The position numbers were made by a program, and so were the translations under genes. A stretch of 39,765 bases of DNA from Guillardia theta CCMP2712 (taxonomy: Eukaryota; Protista; Cryptophyta), in contig NW_005434620.1 in NCBI RefSeq assembly GCF_000315625.1, forward strand, positions 487,349-527,113, written 5' to 3'. Shown here piece by piece: positions 10,638 to 23,233 of the stretch (the stretch's first letter is position 1; every line of letters starts with the position of its first letter). A model generated the notes under the pieces. That model ran no database searches. It saw only the letters and a list, made by a program, of their open reading frames with translations, and was not told where the DNA came from.

Positions 10638-12709
10638 ATGACCAAGACAGGTGAGCACCAAGATGGCTGTTCGTGTTGTGCTGCTCAGCGGTGGCTCATT
10701 CCTTCAATGGCTCACCCGTTAACCCAGATTAAGGCTGAGAAGATCTTAAAAGCTTGCTTTCTACTTCTGGATTCATTTCATGACTGAGATATTCGCTGCT
10801 CTGATATGTAGACCTCCGAGGTAAGTTCCCTGTTCGGCCCACTGAATGTCCCTAACGCACGCGATCCCAAGGCACTCATACACGTTGACGGACTTGGGCC
10901 CAGCTCGATTTCGGATGGATGGTGAGAAGGAGCCTTCTCCGAATGATAAGTGAATGTGCGTGAAGGAAAATTGTATTCAAGGACAGATTTACAGCTCTAC
11001 AACAAACGAGGGCAGGTCAGTGATGAATGCCGCTGCTTCCTCCATGGTTCCTCATTCTGATTGCTGTAATTGGTACAGAGAATAGAGTGCAGCCACTACC
11101 GAGCTGGTCCCAACGAATTCAATGATTATCAACCATCACCTTGTGTGGTTTATCTGCATGGTGTCTCTCTGCTGTCAATCAAAGCTAGGTCGTGATACAT
11201 AGAATTTTCAGGGAATTGTGGCAGCCGTGTTGATGCTGATGAAGTATTGAATCTTCTCTCTGAATAACCACATTTCACTTTTTCTTGCACAGATCGTAGA
11301 AGGACTTCTTGAAGAAGGAGTCTCGGTGTTTTCATTGGATTTCTCTGGGTGAGTTCGGATCACGTTTGAAATGCTCACTTATTGTTGCTTGCTGAAAATC
11401 ATGCAGTTGCGGTCTGAGCGATGGGGATTTGGTCTCTCTTGGATTCTTTGAGCAGGTGACTCCTTCGTTCAGGGGAAAAAAGTCATGTTGAATCACATTT
11501 TTACACAAGGATGACCTGTCTTGTGCGCTTGAGTACTTGGCAAACGATCCAAACACAACATCGGTATGTCTCAGTCCTCTCCTCAGACGTGGTATTATCT
11601 TGACATAAAAACAAAAGGTGGCCATCTGGGGTCGAAGCATGGGAGCAGTTGTTGCTTTACTGGTCGCTGGGAGTGAACAGTTTAAGGGGATTGCATGCTT
11701 GGTGATAAGGCAGATCCTTGAAGCATTTGGCAAGCTCACTCCATTTGCAGATTTTAGACTCTCCGTATTCATCACTTCAACAGCTTCTAGAACAACTGGC
11801 TCATAAGTACATCCCTCAGGTACCCATCTCGAAATAAGATACAGTTGTTGACTCTTGTTGCTCAGGTTCCACTGCTTCCTTACGACAAGGTAGAGTTTAA
11901 ATTCATTTTGCTGTTCCCCGTCACATGGCATATATATGATTGCCGTGGTGTAAACAGGTCGTAGAAGCTGCTCTTCTCTCTCTTCGCCAGGCTGTACGGC
12001 AGGTGTGATGAGTGGGAGAAGATTCTGTTGCATTCGAAACTTACGACTGCTTCGCTTTGCCTCAGAAAGCAAACTACGATCTCTTTGATGTGGAGACAAC
12101 TTCTCCTGCGAGCAGGTCTGCAAGAAACGATAATCCAAACGAGGTTCCCTTATCTCTGTCCCACAAGATGCCGCATGCCGGCTTTGTTTGCCCACGCAAA
12201 AGACGACCAGCTCATCCCAGCAACACATTCGAAGTTGCTGATGGACGCTTATGCTGGGGAAAAAGTAAGATTTATTGGTAATTTATAGGTTTCCAATCTC
12301 GTTTTCAGGAACTTTTGGAGCTTGATGGAGATCATAATAGCGCAAGGTCTTGTCACATTGCACGGCTTCCCAGGAGTCTAAATACCTCTCGTCGCAGGGA
12401 AGGTGAATACCTCAAGAAAGTCTCATCGTATCTGGTCCGAAACCTCTCGTCCTCACCTCCTCTGACCATCGAGGTGGTTTGAATTTGTCCTTCTCCGACC
12501 ATCCGATATGCCAAGTGACATGGAACTCGAAGCAGAAGTCGAGGAAAGAAGTCACCGAAAAGAAGGGCCTCGAGCAGCAACACAATCAAAATCCTGTCGC
12601 TTGGTTTTCAAGGCAAGTTCGCAATCGTACGGCGAAAACCTCAGTGCCAGTTTTAATTGTTCTACTCAGTTTTGTTGGCGGACTCTTCCAAGCAGAAACA
12701 GCTAGATGA
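10638..12709 (+). CDS. Alpha/beta hydrolase (YqkD/ABHD-like serine hydrolase), many short introns
   Basis: Spliced motifs RPPR-HSYTLTDLGPARF, GVSVFSLDFSG-CGLSDGDLVSLGFFEQ-DDLSCALEYL, nucleophile elbow AIWGRSMGA (about 11620-11645), ILDSPYSSL, acid PALFAHAKDDQLIP, catalytic His LDGDHNSAR (about 12320-12345). Start codon tentative. Confidence 0.85.
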
Positions 12710-12719
12710 TGCAAAGACC

Positions 12720-13860
12720 GTTGGCACCGGGGAGTCCGAAAGCCTATGGGCCGTCGACCTTGACCCCCGGGCCCGGCGGCCGGCTAACTTGAAGGCTTAG
12801 TGACTTGTCAGACTACTAGGCTAGTGACGGACTCCGGGAGTAACACGTAATCGGCCATCGACCCGGATTATCGCTCGTCATGACGGTAGCTGCGATGCCA
12901 TGATCCGCCGGATAGCGGCCCGGCCCGGCCTACTAGGCTAGACTACCGGGCGCGCGTACTACGGTACCCGGTACATGGCCCACCGTCACTGTGACAGTGT
13001 CACAGTCTGGCTTCGTCCGGGCGGGGGGCCTCGCAGGCTCAGCCCGGGCCTGGCAACCGTCCGACCCGGTCAGCCCGGTGTGATCACTGTCATCATCAGC
13101 CCGGCCGGACTGACTCCCCGGTCAGACCCCTGGAAATCACTGACTCGGACCCCGCTCAGTCACTGTCGCACGCCGGGCCGCGCCCCCGGCCGGTGCCCGC
13201 CGCCGCCGCCCCGGCCGGCGAACTTCGAACTCGGAACTTTTAGAACTTTGGAACTTTGAGCTGTTTCCAAGTTTCGCTGCCTGAGCGATCCGAAGTTTCG
13301 CTGCATAGCAAATTTTCTGGAACTTTATGCCAGGGGGGTGGGTAGGCCTTGAACAAGTTGTAGGAACGAAGATTGTGGGGGTGGTCTGAAACCAAAGGGG
13401 GTGATGCTCCTTCGACATTTGGGGTAGTACCTGGGAAAATTGGGGGTAGGGTCCACTTCAGTCAGCACCACCTGATGACTGAAACTTGGGGGTGGGAGTG
13501 TTCAGAATTGTTTGCGAGACCCGGGGGTTGGCACTTCTCCATGGGTAGGGTGGTCTCATTTGTCAGAAATGGTGGGGTGGTGCACTGATAAGGCACTTGT
13601 ACAAGGGTCTATTGTTGCGGGGTAGGGATGCATGGGTAGGGTACTGAAAAAGGGGCCACTACAGGGTATTTCGAGTCGGAAGGAGGGGTGCATGAAATAG
13701 TTGGTTGGACAATGGCGAGAGCGGTGGTAGGGTGCTAGAAAAAGTCAGGAGTAGGGGTAGGAGTAGGGGTGGGTAGGGAGTACACTGGGGGTACATCACA
13801 GGGGAGGTGGGTTGGTGGGTCGCAGAGGCGGCATCGCAATGTTGCGCCGGGGCGTAGCGG
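12720..13860 (+). repeat. Intergenic spacer module 4 (GC-palindromic block, GAACTT cluster, GGGGTA block)
   Basis: 12720-13220 is rich in cccggg/ggcc/ccgg/gtcac/gactc; gaact(t) occurs five times at 13220-13256; aagtttcgctgc occurs twice (13269, 13293); ggggtaggg tract 13330-13800. Confidence 0.6.
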
Positions 13861-13899
13861 AGGTGAGATGATGGCGAATAAGAAGACGAAAACGAGGAT

Positions 13900-13912
13900 A
13901 AAGATGATGGTC

Positions 13913-13951
<39 letters not shown>

Positions 13952-14463
13952 GAGATTATGATGGAGATGGAGATGATGGAGATGGATATGATAGAGATGG
14001 AGATGGAGATGATGGTGATGGAGGAGATGATGGAGATGATGATCACGATGATGATGACGGAGATGATGGAGGTGGAGATGGAAATGGAAATGGCGATGAT
14101 GGTGGAGATGATGATGATGGTGGAGACGATGATGGTGGAGATGATGGAGAAGATGATGATGGAGACGATTATGGAGATGATGATGGAGATGGAGATGGAG
14201 ATGGAGATGGAGATGGAGATGGAGATGGAGATGGAGACGATGAAGATGGAGGAGATGATGGAGACGATGATGGTGGAGATGATGGAGATGATGATGGAGA
14301 TGGAGATGATGATGGAGATGATGATGACGATGGAGATGATGATGGAGATGGAGATGGAGATGAAGATGGAGATGATCACGATGAAGGTGGAGATGATCAC
14401 TATGGAGAAAAAAGAGAAGACGATGGAGATGGAGATGGAGATGGAGATGATGATATTATGATG
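13900..14463 (+). repeat. Compound microsatellite (ATG)n/(GAGATG)n
   Basis: About 560 bp of atg, gag atg and acg atg triplet units. Confidence 0.95.
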
Positions 14464-14659
14464 AGCAAACACTATGAGCAAGAGAAGGATTTTTTGGACT
14501 GCCACGGCCGAAACGCTGTGCGAGGGAATGGGGGAATGGGAATGCTGTCCAGAAAAGAGGTCGCAGGCTTGATAAAGATCTTGGTATGCAAGTCATTATC
14601 TCCATGTTCAATCAATCTAGTATTTCACATGCTCAACGTCTTGTCTTGCGTCTGAAGCC

Positions 14660-17600
14660 ATGTTAGTGAAGGGAGTGGGAATTCCATTTCCCCGACAGAT
14701 AACACTAACTCTGTTAAGATATCTGTGAACTTCCTTGACCAGTGCCCCACAGAAAACCGTCGCTCTCACCAGAGCCAGGGTCGCTAGCAGGAGCTTCCTA
14801 GCGACAGGTGTAGAGAAATGAATGAAGACCTTTTTCATTGTCGAATTTTCAGAACTGACTTGTAGTGTGCCAGCGTCCAAGATCAGACTTGAAAATGCTC
14901 GATCATACTCAAGGAAGACAACGATTCCGGATGTTGCTGGAGCCTCCTTCAACATTTGCTCCCAACAAAATCGCAGGCCTCGGATGGTCTTCTTCAGTCA
15001 GCAGAGACGTTTTGCTTCTACCTTCAAAGTAACACATTTGACATCTTGAACGCTGAAGTGATTGTTTTGGTTGAATTGCTTTGTGCAGGAGGAGTATGAG
15101 AAGCATGTTGCAGAACGTGCAGCACAAGGGATCGTTCCCAAGCCGCTTAGCCCCAAGCAATGCAGTGACCTTGTAAGCCATTAAGTTTTCGCTGCTATTG
15201 ATGATCGGCCTGCATGTGACCTGGATGCATCTTGCAGGTCGAACTTCTCAAGAATCCACCAAAGGGTGAGGAGGAGTATCTCCTGAATCTCCTCAAGACA
15301 CGGGTAATATTTCTGGCTTCAATTTTCATTCTTTTTTAATGCTGATCCAATCTCTCCATAGGTTCCTCCCGGTGTTGATGAAGCTGCTTATGTAAAGGCA
15401 AGCTTCCTTACCTCGATCGTGAAGGGTAACTTGTTACAGAGTATCAATTACTCTGTTTTGACGTGTCGATTCTTAGGATCTGTCTCCTCGCCTTTGATCA
15501 ACAAAGCACAGTAATTGGAACTATGTGCATTGATGCTTTCATCTGATATCATTCTCGTCCTTGTCGAACAGGGCTATCGAAATTCTTGGAACCATGCAGG
15601 GTGGATACAACGTCGAAACCCTGATTTCTGCACTTGATGATGCTCAACTCGCGCCTGTTGCATCGAAGGTTTGAATTTTCCGCTTTCCTCTGCTTGGTAA
15701 CTTTCGACTAGGCTCTCAAGAAAACATTACTCCTCTTTGATGCTTTCTATGACGTGGAAGCTAAGGCAAAGGCAGGCAACAGCTTTGCAAAGGAAATCAT
15801 ACAGTCATGGGCTGACGCCGAATGGTTTCTCTCAAAACCAGAGGTGCCAAAGAAGATCACAACTACCGTTTTCTTTGTCAAGGGAGAGACGAACACAGAC
15901 GATCTCTCGCCAGCTCCCGATGCTTGGTCAAGACCAGACATTCCACTCCATGGATTGGCCATGCTGAAGAATGCAAGGGAGGGAATCATCCCTGACAAGG
16001 ATGGCGAAATTGGTCCTATGAAGCAGATTGAGGAGTTGAAGAAGAAAGGACACCCTCTGGCTTACGTAGGAGATGTTGTTGGTACTGGTTCTTCCAGGAA
16101 GTCTGCTACCAATTCAGTGTTGTGGTTCATGGGGGAGGAAATTCCTTTTGTGCCAAACAAGAAGTCTGGTGGTGTTTGCATCGGAGGAAAGATTGCTCCC
16201 ATTTTCTTTAACACCATGGAGGATGCAGGTGCCTTGCCAATCGAGATGGATGTCACAAAGATGAACATGGGCGATGTGATTGACATTTATCCATACGAGG
16301 GAGTTGTGAAGAACAATGCAACTGGAGAAGTCTTGTCTGAATTCAAGCTCAAGACTGAAGTACTGTTGGATGAGGTTAGAGCAGGCGGAAGAATTCCTCT
16401 CATCATCGGCCGTGGATTGACATCAAAGGCCCGAAAGTCTCTCAACTTGGAGCCATCCAAAGTTTTTCGACTTCCAACTGGTGCCTCAGAGAAGAAGCCG
16501 GCAGGCTATACACTTGCTCAGAAGATCGTTGGCAAAGCTTGTGGCGTCGAGGGTGTTTCGCCAGGCACTTATTGTGAACCCGCGATGACTACTGTTGGCT
16601 CGCAGGATACTACAGGCCCGATGACTCGTGATGAATTGAAGGATTTAGCTTGCCTTGGCTTCAGTGCTGACTTGGTTATGCAATCTTTCTGCCATACTGC
16701 AGCATACCCCAAGCCCGTTGATGTTGTCACACATCACACTTTGCCAGATTTCATCCGTACTCGTGGAGGTGTCTCCCTTCGACCTGGAGATGGAATCATC
16801 CATTCATGGCTCAACAGGATGCTTCTTCCTGATACGGTCGGGACTGGAGGCGATTCTCATACTCGATTCCCAATTGGTATCTCCTTCCCAGCTGGCTCTG
16901 GCCTGGTAGCTTTTGCTGCCGCAACCGGCGTGATGCCCCTTGATATGCCAGAGTCGGTGTTGGTCCGATTCAAGGGCAAGAAGCAGCCAGGAGTTACGAT
17001 CCGTGATCTTGTACATGCCATTCCGTACCAGGCGATCCAGGATGGACTTCTCACAGTCGAGAAGAAAGGAAAGAAGAACATCTTTTCCGGACGCATTCTC
17101 GAGATCGAGGGTTTGCACAACATGACAGTTGAGGAAGCATTCGAAATTTCGGATGCCTCTGCCGAGAGGAGTGCAGCCGGGTGCACAATCCAGGTTGACA
17201 AGGACAAGATCATTGAGTACCTGAACTCGAACATCACGATGCTCAAGTGGATGATTAGCGAGGGATATGGCGATGCCCGTGCGATGGAGCGAAGGATTGC
17301 GTCCATGGAAGAATGGCTCAAGAATCCAGTCTTGCTCAAAGCCGATCCTAAGGCGGAGTATGCTGCCACCATCGAGATCGACCTTGATAAGATTAAGGAG
17401 CCTATTCTCTGCGCTCCTAATGACCCCGACGATGCCAGGCTGTTGTCTCAAGTTCAAGGAGACAAGATCGACGAAGTGTTCATTGGATCATGCATGACCA
17501 ATGTCGGACATTTCCGAGCGGCTGGCAAGCTGCTTCGCGAGTTTACCGGCCAGATCCCAACCAGGCTGTGGATTGCGCCCCCAACAAAGATGGATGCGGG

Positions 17601-17991
17601 TGTGCTGACTGAGGAAGGTTACTACTCCATCTTTGGACGTGTGGGCGCTCGTATCGAGATGCCAGGGTGCTCTCTCTGCATGGGTAACCAAGCTCGAGTC
17701 GGCGACAGCACCACCGTCGTCTCCACCTCAACCAGGAACTTCCCCAACCGTCTTGGCAAGGGAGCGAATGTCTACCTTGCCTCCGCAGAGCTTGCAGCTG
17801 TCGCTTCCATCCTTGGGCGTCTGCCAACTCCAGCTGAGTACTTGGAGTATGCGGCGAAGATCAACTCGACTGCCGCTGACACCTACCGCTACATGAACTT
17901 TGACAAGATGGAGAGCTACGTGAAGAGTGCGGCGAAGGTTGAAATCTCAGCGGAAGCTCGAGAGGCGGCAAAGAAGCATTTCTCGAAGTAG
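14660..17991 (+). CDS. acnB: Aconitate hydratase B (bacterial AcnB type) with probable mitochondrial presequence
   Basis: Exons spell [55 protein letters not shown], then one long exon 15712-17991 with [45 protein letters not shown], Fe-S cysteines FIGSCMTN and [10 protein letters not shown], and [10 protein letters not shown]. Six GT-AG introns between 15029 and 15711. The leader ends [10 protein letters not shown]. The exact start codon (14660-14984) is uncertain. Confidence 0.96.
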
Positions 17992-18120
17992 AAGCAAGGA
18001 GTGGGAGTTAAGTGTGTTGAGTCTGGTTGTGTGAGAGGAAGTGTAATACGATGGTTGCTGACAAACAGTCACAGTGAGTCTCTTTAAAGACAGAAAGGAT
18101 GGGAAATATAGGTAATGAGT

Positions 18121-20030
18121 TCAGAAGTACTTGTAGGCATCTTCCCCGCCCAGGTCGACGGGGAGTTGAGAGACGTCAAGGAATTCCTTGAGATCATTTT
18201 TCTTGGCAAACTTCACTTTCGCCTGCCACTTCGTCTCACCACCCCTCACGCCTCTCACATTGCTCCGGTTTTGCCCCCGCTCTCGTTCCTAGTCAGCTTC
18301 CCCCCTCCCTCGCTTTCGCACATGCCATCCTGTCCTACCCTGTACCGTTCTGTCCTGCCCTGCCCTGCCCTGCCCTGCCCTGCCCTGTCCCCGCTCTCTG
18401 CAGCTCGCTCTCTATCTCGTCTACCCACCTCCTCACAACCGCGCTCACGCAGATCGGACCTGAGTGACAGGATGTAGCCATGGGCGGATGACAACCCAGA
18501 AAGCAGAGAAGAGCACGGGGGCAGAGAGGAGGAGGCACACCCCCTGCGGTTCCCGTCACGCTGAAGCAGCAGCTTTCTCCTCACCATCCGCTCGGGGTAG
18601 AAGTTGGTGAGCATGTAGATGACGCGCTTGGCCGCTCGGTAGTCGATGTTGGACGCAGTGATACCCTCCTGTAAGGTGCTGCGTCAGATGAAGGAAATCT
18701 GATGATTGCGAGGAAGGGACCAGGTTGAAGATGATCAGAAATTGATCTGGTCCCGACGATCCTTCTAGCCAAGTCAGGATTGGATGAGCAACAAGCATCG
18801 ACTCAGTAGAAGAGGGAAAGAGGGAGCCCGAGACACGTTGTGGCAATGCAAGGCCGAGCGGAGTGATGGAAGAGAGGGAGGGATTGGTGGGAAAACGAGC
18901 AAGTGGTCTTGTGAAAGAGCAAAACGGAGGAGGACGAGAGGAGGGAGGGAGGAGTGACAGTAGTGGAGGGTTACCATCGTCGGCAAGAAGGGCTTCGGCG
19001 GAGTTCAGGAGGTAGACGCCGAAGATAGTAAGCTCATCGTAAGTTTGAAAGTTGGGATCGTGCCTTTGTCAACAGAAAGGTCACGAAGGGGGAACAATCG
19101 GCCAGGGTGCAACTAAGTACTCACTGCTTCACGTTGACCACAATCACAGGACGGTTGTTCTTGTCTCGAGCCCTGCACCGTCCACGTCATCATCCCGTCA
19201 TCGAAACACGCAGGCCATTCCGGCTTCACCTCAGTATGTAGCATTTCCCTGTACTCAACTGCCTCTGCACTCCAGGAGACGTCTGATCGATCTTCTTCAC
19301 CTATATCTCCATCACCATGACATGATTCCTTCCGTGCCTCCACCAGCTGCCTCCCCTACCTCCCCCCATCTTCTTCCCTCCCCTCCCTCCTCCCCCCCAT
19401 CACCTCCCTTCCTCCCCCCATTCCCCTAGCTGCGCACCCTCCCTTCCTCTCCTGACTCTCCTCCCCTCGTGGCCTCCCCTCCCTCCCCTTGCTCCTCTGT
19501 CTGCACCGGGAAGTCTAGCCCATAGCTGCACGATTCCTTCCAAGCAAAGAATCTCCTCAGCTTGTGAGCAGCTTTGCCGGCATCCTGCCAGCAAGAATGA
19601 ATGACCTCGTGGTAATCAGTGAGCAGATAGAAGCATCCGACCATCTGGTGTGCTCGGAGGAAGCGCCTGAGCAGTTTTTCGTCGATGTCATCAACCTGAG
19701 TGCAGCGGCTCGATCCCTGGCTTGCAACCACAGCGATCTCTGCTCACCTTGATGTCCTCGTCAAGGATCTGCATGGACTGGCTGCTCAGATCGCTACTAG
19801 ACAGACCTTGAATGCATGCATGTGACATGGCGCGCAGTCAGAGACGCGCACGGACCTTCGCTCAGCTCCTCCTTGCCTGCACCCTCCGTCTTCTTCGTCT
19901 TGCTCATCTCTTCTTCCGTCGGAGGCTGCCGGAGGATCTCCCGCATATGTGCAACAGCCTCTGCCTCTTCCTCCGCCTCCTTCCCTCCCTCCGCCTCCCT
20001 CCCTCCCTCCTCCCCGCCTCCTCCTCCCAC
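18121..20030 (-). CDS. CRAL-TRIO/Sec14-like lipid-binding protein, multi-exon
   Basis: DIDEKLLRRFLRAHQM (CRAL-TRIO-N), AAHKLRRFFAWK, DQFLIIFNL, NIDYRAAKRVIYMLTNFYPERM, KVKF...LKEFLDVSQLPVDLGGEDAYKYF-stop (TGA 18121-18123). Start approximate. Confidence 0.85.
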
Positions 20031-20059
20031 ATGGCGCGCGAGCATTCCCCATACCATGG

Positions 20060-20270
20060 CGCTGGGGAAGCTCTATATGGGGGCAAAGTAGTGGGGTGGG
20101 GGTGGGTCATTTTACACATGTCAAACGGATGGGGGTGGGTCCATAACCCGGCGTAGAGTTGACATGGTGTAAATCCATTTGATAGGAGGGGTCCAATCTC
20201 CTCTTGGTGATTTTAGGGGGTAGGGGTGGTAGAGATACATCATAGTAAGGTGGGGGTAATAAAAATGAAT
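20060..20270 (+). repeat. Intergenic spacer module 5 (short GGGGT-rich tract)
   Basis: gtggggtgggggtggg, gggggtgggtcc, ttagggggtaggggtgg, gtgggggtaa between the kinase and CRAL-TRIO genes. Confidence 0.45.
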
Positions 20271-20349
20271 GTCGGGGCAAACAAGGGAGGAGAGGAGGAG
20301 GAAGAGGAGGGGGGAAGGGGGGGAGGATGAAGAGGAGGGAAGGAGAAAA

Positions 20350-22768
20350 CGATACCACGAGACGATCCCACGTTCACAAGCTTTCCTGCTTGCTGGACAA
20401 AGGAGCATCGAAAATACATCAAAGAGGTCTTCCAGTTCAGTTTCAACTTTGTTTCCGCGCACTCAGCTCCATGTGTTAACCATTTACAAGCAGCCATATC
20501 AACATCACCACATATAACATCACAGGCGGCACAGAGAGGCTGGGTCAAGACACCATGCTGTCCTGCAACAAGCCCTCCAACAGCGTGTCTGTGCCGCGTC
20601 TCGGAATCGACTTCTTGCTCTCGAACGTGTGCATTCGAACCCATCGGTGCGAGATCAATCTCCTTGCCTGCCATGGACAAGTCAGCTCCAGCAAACGCCT
20701 TCGTCCCCTTCTCCTTCTCACCTTGGGCCGTCGCGAGGCCTCTCGTTGCAGGCAGGATAAGATGAAGCTCCTCCCTGCGCATGGGACGTCAGCGATCGGG
20801 CAAGATCCTTGCAAGAGATCACAACCTGTCTCTGAGAGCCCTGGGGGCAGCTCTGGCAGATCCTCCGACTTGGCTATCTTCATCAGCACCGCCATCGTGT
20901 TCAACCCTTCCCATGGCATCTTCCCAGTCATCAGCTCCACCACCGTCATCCCCAACGACCAGATGTCCGCCGACCTTCCCGCATGCTGCGAGAGGAGCAG
21001 TCAGCGAGGGTGAGGAGCCTCCTCACCGGCATGAGAGCCCTCGGGAATGAAGCACTCACCTTGTCCAGAACGATCTCCGGCGCCATCCAGTTAATCGTCC
21101 CAGCTGGGTCCCTGCCCGAGCTCGGCTCCTTGTACCATCCTGTGCTGTCTGTGTGCAGGTCATGGCCGAAGTGAACGTCGAACATCCTGCTGGCTCCGAA
21201 GTCCGCGAGTTTCGCGATCATCTTCAAGGACTCGACTCCCTTCGCCGATGTGATCTCGTTGTCCATTGCAGGGAAGAGCAGGCAGTTCGCACCCTTGATG
21301 TCTCGGTGCAGGATGCCGTTGTTGTGGAGGTACTCCAGCCCCAGCAGGAGCTGGGCTGTGTACTCCCGTGCAACGGTCTCCTCGAGGCCCTTGCTTGCTT
21401 TCGCGAGGTCTGCCAGCGATCCGCCATGTGCATACTCCATGAGGATGAAGAGTGTTGTGTCCGTCCGCTCTGAGCCGAGGAGGGTAACGATGGAAGGATG
21501 CGACAATGCAGACATGATGCTGATCTCCCTCTCCACCTTCCCAGCTCTCGATCCCATCAGCTCCACCTCCTTCACCGCGACGACTTGCCCTTTCCCATCG
21601 TTTCCGTCGACGTCCCAAGCAGAAAACACTGTCCCGAAAGCTCCTTGCCCCAGCAACTTCCCTCGAAACCACCTGAAACGAGTCCCGCAGAACATGTCAT
21701 TGCCGAAACCATGAGGAATCATTGAGGGAAGATTATCATGACATTTCCTGCAATCGCTTGTCTTCCTTTCATACATCGGCTGCTTCATGTCAGGCGCTTT
21801 CCTCGCTTCATCCACTCGGATTAAAACCTTGGCGACCTCGTTGCGAAACCGCACCGACTCGAGCTTCTGCACGATGTCTTGGCATTGAGAAGCAATTTGC
21901 AGGAGGAGCTGTCGACGGCCTTCTTGTCCAGTGCTCGTTGACGAGTAAGAGAGGTCCTCGTCGTCGGAGGATTGTGAGCAGACTGAGGTTGTCCGGTAAA
22001 TGACATCGTCCAGCGCTTGCATCCATAGATCAAGATCATCTGCCCTCTTGCTCGCATCTGATATGACGATTCTTCTCAGAGTTGCAGTCTCCATGTGTGA
22101 GAAGTAAGACGAGGAGACCTTGTTCTTCAACGCTATCAACTCCATGTAGACCATCAACGAGGCCGGGTCAACATCGAGCTGCGTGATGATCTTGGAGTTG
22201 ATGTTCAATCCATCGTCTTGCAGAGACAGCAGGATCATGTCCATAACACACAGGCATGGGATGCCCTGCCAGATGAAGGCCTTCCTGTTCACGAGGTCCG
22301 TGCTGGCGATGATGGCTCCGCTGAGAGCGTACATGCATGTCTCAAAGCAGTCGTCAAAGAACGAAGGCCAGATGCTGTTGAAGCGATCGGCAAAATCAGT
22401 TGAGTTCGAGACCTGCAAGGAGCTTCACCTCAGAAGAGCATCATCCCATCACAAATGTTACCGTGAAGAAGCTGCGAGCAGACGAAGGGAGTTTGTTCTC
22501 CACCACCATATTCTCCCATTTTTTCCTCTGGTTCTCTTCAAAGGATTCCAGCTCTATGATCGAACCCGCTGATATCACGGAACTCGATCTTCGGTAGTCC
22601 TGCCACGAGCATCAAACTTGTGAGCAACTTGTGCAAAAGGCGAAGCACCGGAACCGTTGGCAAGGATTCGCTGTCGTCGTATCGCTTCGGAGAGGAACAT
22701 CCCGTGTTCACTGAAGCACCACAGCCCATCTTGTATCTATCGCGCACTTCGGGACCATCTTGAAGCAC
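20350..22768 (-). CDS. STE11/MAP3K-like Ser/Thr protein kinase with N-terminal extension
   Basis: RWFRGKLLGQGAFGTVF, VAVKEV, REISIMSALSHPSIV, FILMEYAHGGSL, LEYLHNNGILHRDIKGANCL, KLADFGAS, GTINWMAPE, ADIWSLGMTVVELMTGKMPW, FILSCLQREASRRP. Both ends approximate; no clear terminal exon before spacer module 5. Confidence 0.9.
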
Positions 22769-23233
22769 GAGACATGGATGATGACGGAAGGTAGAGAAGA
22801 GGGAGGGCGGAAAGCAGAGAAGAGGGAGGGCCTTCGATCAAGACTTCTCAACCTCTTCTCAAGAGATCGCCATTCTTTCTCCTCACTACCACCGTTACCA
22901 GTTGTTTCCCAAACAGAGAGGTGCAGAGCCTATAAACCCTTGGTGCCCGGATATGTTCAAGAAACCAACGTCCCCTCTGCCCTTTCTCCCTCTTTGTCTT
23001 TCTGCCGGTCGGCTAGTCTATCGTTTTGAGAGTTTTGACGGACTCAATGGCTGAAAAGCTCTATTATTTCGTGTCTTTCTGTCTAGCAGTCCGTCTTTTT
23101 CCTTGCTTCGACCAACAAAAGCAATCCTCGTCAATCGATAAACTTCAGCTCAGCTTCCCTTCTACTTCATCTCCTCCTCCTCCTCCTCGTCCCTTCGCCT
23201 GCTCCTAGTCGCCATTCCGATCATGCTCTAAGA

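Noticed and set aside
12720-13220. GC-rich palindromes as rRNA, tRNA, terminators or a CRISPR array (also 25530-26100)
   Set aside because: No conserved RNA motifs and no constant repeat with regular spacers; the context is eukaryotic.
13735-14505. 230-aa Met/Glu ORF and 256-aa Ile/Ser ORF
   Set aside because: Both are by-products of a triplet microsatellite with no domain content.
16062-17896. Antisense and alternate-frame ORFs over acnB (similar ones over both kinases, the channel and the RCC1 gene)
   Set aside because: Shadow ORFs of real coding sequence with no motifs.
15754-17991. Bacterial contamination suggested by the long intronless AcnB ORF
   Set aside because: The N-terminal AcnB sequence is split by six canonical spliceosomal introns immediately upstream.
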